Assembly (NCBI GenBank): GCA_964016885.1
Contig: OZ024740.1
Span: forward strand, 382,974,001 to 383,038,000
Length of the DNA stretch: 64,000 nucleotides
Source of the DNA: Eledone cirrhosa
Taxonomy: Eukaryota
Direction of reading: 5' to 3'
The translations under genes and the position numbers were made by a program. Below the pieces are notes generated by a model, which was not told where the DNA came from, searched no databases, and saw only the letters and a list, made by a program, of their open reading frames with translations. This document shows, piece by piece, positions 62,501 through 64,000 of this stretch (within the stretch, counting starts at the first letter, position 1; each line of letters starts with the position of its first letter).

Positions 62501-64000
62501 CATAAGGCGCAAGTCACCCGGTTTGGATGGCCTGCCCTATGAGCTTTACGTAACTATGCCAGACTTGTTCTCTGATCTCCTCGAAGCACTCTACTGCAAC
62601 TGGCAGCAGAATGGGAGTATTCCCAGTTCTGTGAGCAGGGGAGTGGTGACGCTCATAAGGAAAGTCGAGAACAAGAGGGATACATTAGACAACTTCAGGA
62701 CCATAACTCTGCTCAACACAGAGTTTAAGATTTTGGCCAAGGTTTAGCAAAGAGATTGGCGCTTGTCGTCGAGCATTTGGTTGGGAGGCGCAAACTTGTG
62801 CAATCACAGGCAGGTCCATACACGACAATCTCCACGTAATACATCATGTGATACATCATAGAGAGTGTAGGGTGTATACCTAGCTTCGGTGGGACACTGA
62901 TCAATTTAGATCAATTGAAAGCATTCGATAGAGTTGACCATCGGTATCTGGAGTTTGTCCTCAAAGCAGCTGGCTTCGGCCCTGTCTTCAGAAGCTGGAT
63001 CGCTGCAATGCATAGCGGCACACGCTCGGTGGTTAAGGTTAATGGCCACCTCTCGGAACCATTTGTGCTCTCCCGATCGGTCCGTCAAGTGTGCACTCTC
63101 TTTTCCCTTCTGTACGTATTGACTCTCGAGCCTTTACTGCGGAAGCTGGAGCTGTTGCAAGGCATCCCACTCGAACCGGGAAGTGGAAAGGCGGTGTCGG
63201 CTTATGCGGACGACATCACGATGACGACACCTCAGAAATCGAGGTGGTCGGCACCTTATTGAAGGAATATGAATGGTTGACAGGAGCCAAACTTAACCCG
63301 GAAAAGTCGGTGGGCTTGCAGCTCAGAACCTGGAGGGGCAAGCCTATGCCGTCAAACTGCGTCGTGGGACGCTGGACGGACGGACCGTAAAGTTGCTCGG
63401 GGCTTGGTTCGGACCAGACCTCCAGGTGGAAAATAATTGGGACGAGGTAAAAAGCAGAGTCGCCAGTCTCACCGCAAAATAGGCTGGGAATGAAGCTATC
63501 ACTGAAATGTCGCGCGGAGGTGGCGAATGCGTACATCGCGTCCGTCATCTACTACGGCCTTACGGTCGTGCCTTTCACCCGTCCGCGCCTCGTCATGTTG
63601 GAACGGCTCCTCTTCAAATTCTTGTGGAAAGGACAAGTTACGTTGGTGAGGCGACTCATCTGCTGCCAGTACCCTCTACGCGGAGGGCTGGCCATGTCTT
63701 GGCTAATGATGAAGGACATGCGCTGAGACTGCGACACCTCCATATATTCTGCCTAAACAGTAAACAGGTGTGGTCGCCGTTTATCAGACATGCCCTTCCG
63801 CAGCTCATTTCTTTGACTGAGCTGCAGTCCTGGGTCAAGAAGAGACTGAGACTGGGTGACTGGCTCTTGGAATGTTGCCAGGCACTCAGTGCACTCTACC
63901 AAGCGGGCAATGCGATCAGTGGAACTTCCACTCTCGAGTTCTCTAGAGGATTAGTGGTGGGCAAGTGCGATGACGCACTGGGAGAAGCTTTGGTCCTCGA
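59592..64000 (+). mobile_element. Tx1/L1-clade non-LTR retrotransposon C, 5'-truncated, runs off the window
   Basis: ORF1 remnant 59592-61121 (KQFGTISVLF, HCFVCEEATHLQAVC). ORF2 from ATG 61151 (GSLNVRG, AGDWN, NFRTITLLN, KAFDRVDH, AYADD) with stops and frameshifts. Closer to A than to B. Confidence 0.93.

Noticed and set aside
43900-64000. Tx1 elements A and C as outer arms of the central palindrome
   Set aside because: Their ORF2 differences are strongly biased to synonymous third positions and ORF1 is much more diverged. This points to separate active subfamilies, not a neutral DNA duplication.

Overview
AT-rich, microsatellite-dense eukaryotic (animal) DNA. The SINE and microsatellite make-up suggests a cephalopod such as octopus, which is my inference and not a database result. 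The window is mostly intronic or intergenic and dominated by transposable elements. It contains a complete but mutated Ty3/Gypsy LTR retrotransposon of the CsRn1 type (2672-8583), one clear host exon encoding a PAN/apple domain (21220-21462), and a Penelope-like GIY-YIG remnant between inverted ~390-bp repeats. It also holds decayed RTE-type and R4/Dong-type LINE pieces, three Tx1/L1-clade LINEs (two head-to-tail in (AAT)n tracts), many tRNA-derived SINEs, and hAT and mariner MITEs. Most notable observations: (1) a complete type I hammerhead ribozyme in a perfect palindrome next to a (TA)n tract at 10.7 kb, plus several partial or degenerate hammerheads in similar Penelope-like fold-back remnants; (2) a 5' splice-donor motif (AG|GTAAG) conserved 37-40 nt upstream of the ORF2 ATG in all three divergent Tx1 elements; (3) a ~5-kb fold-back inverted duplication at 54.6-59.6 kb. 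Almost all short ORFs in the supplied track are microsatellite or antisense artefacts.
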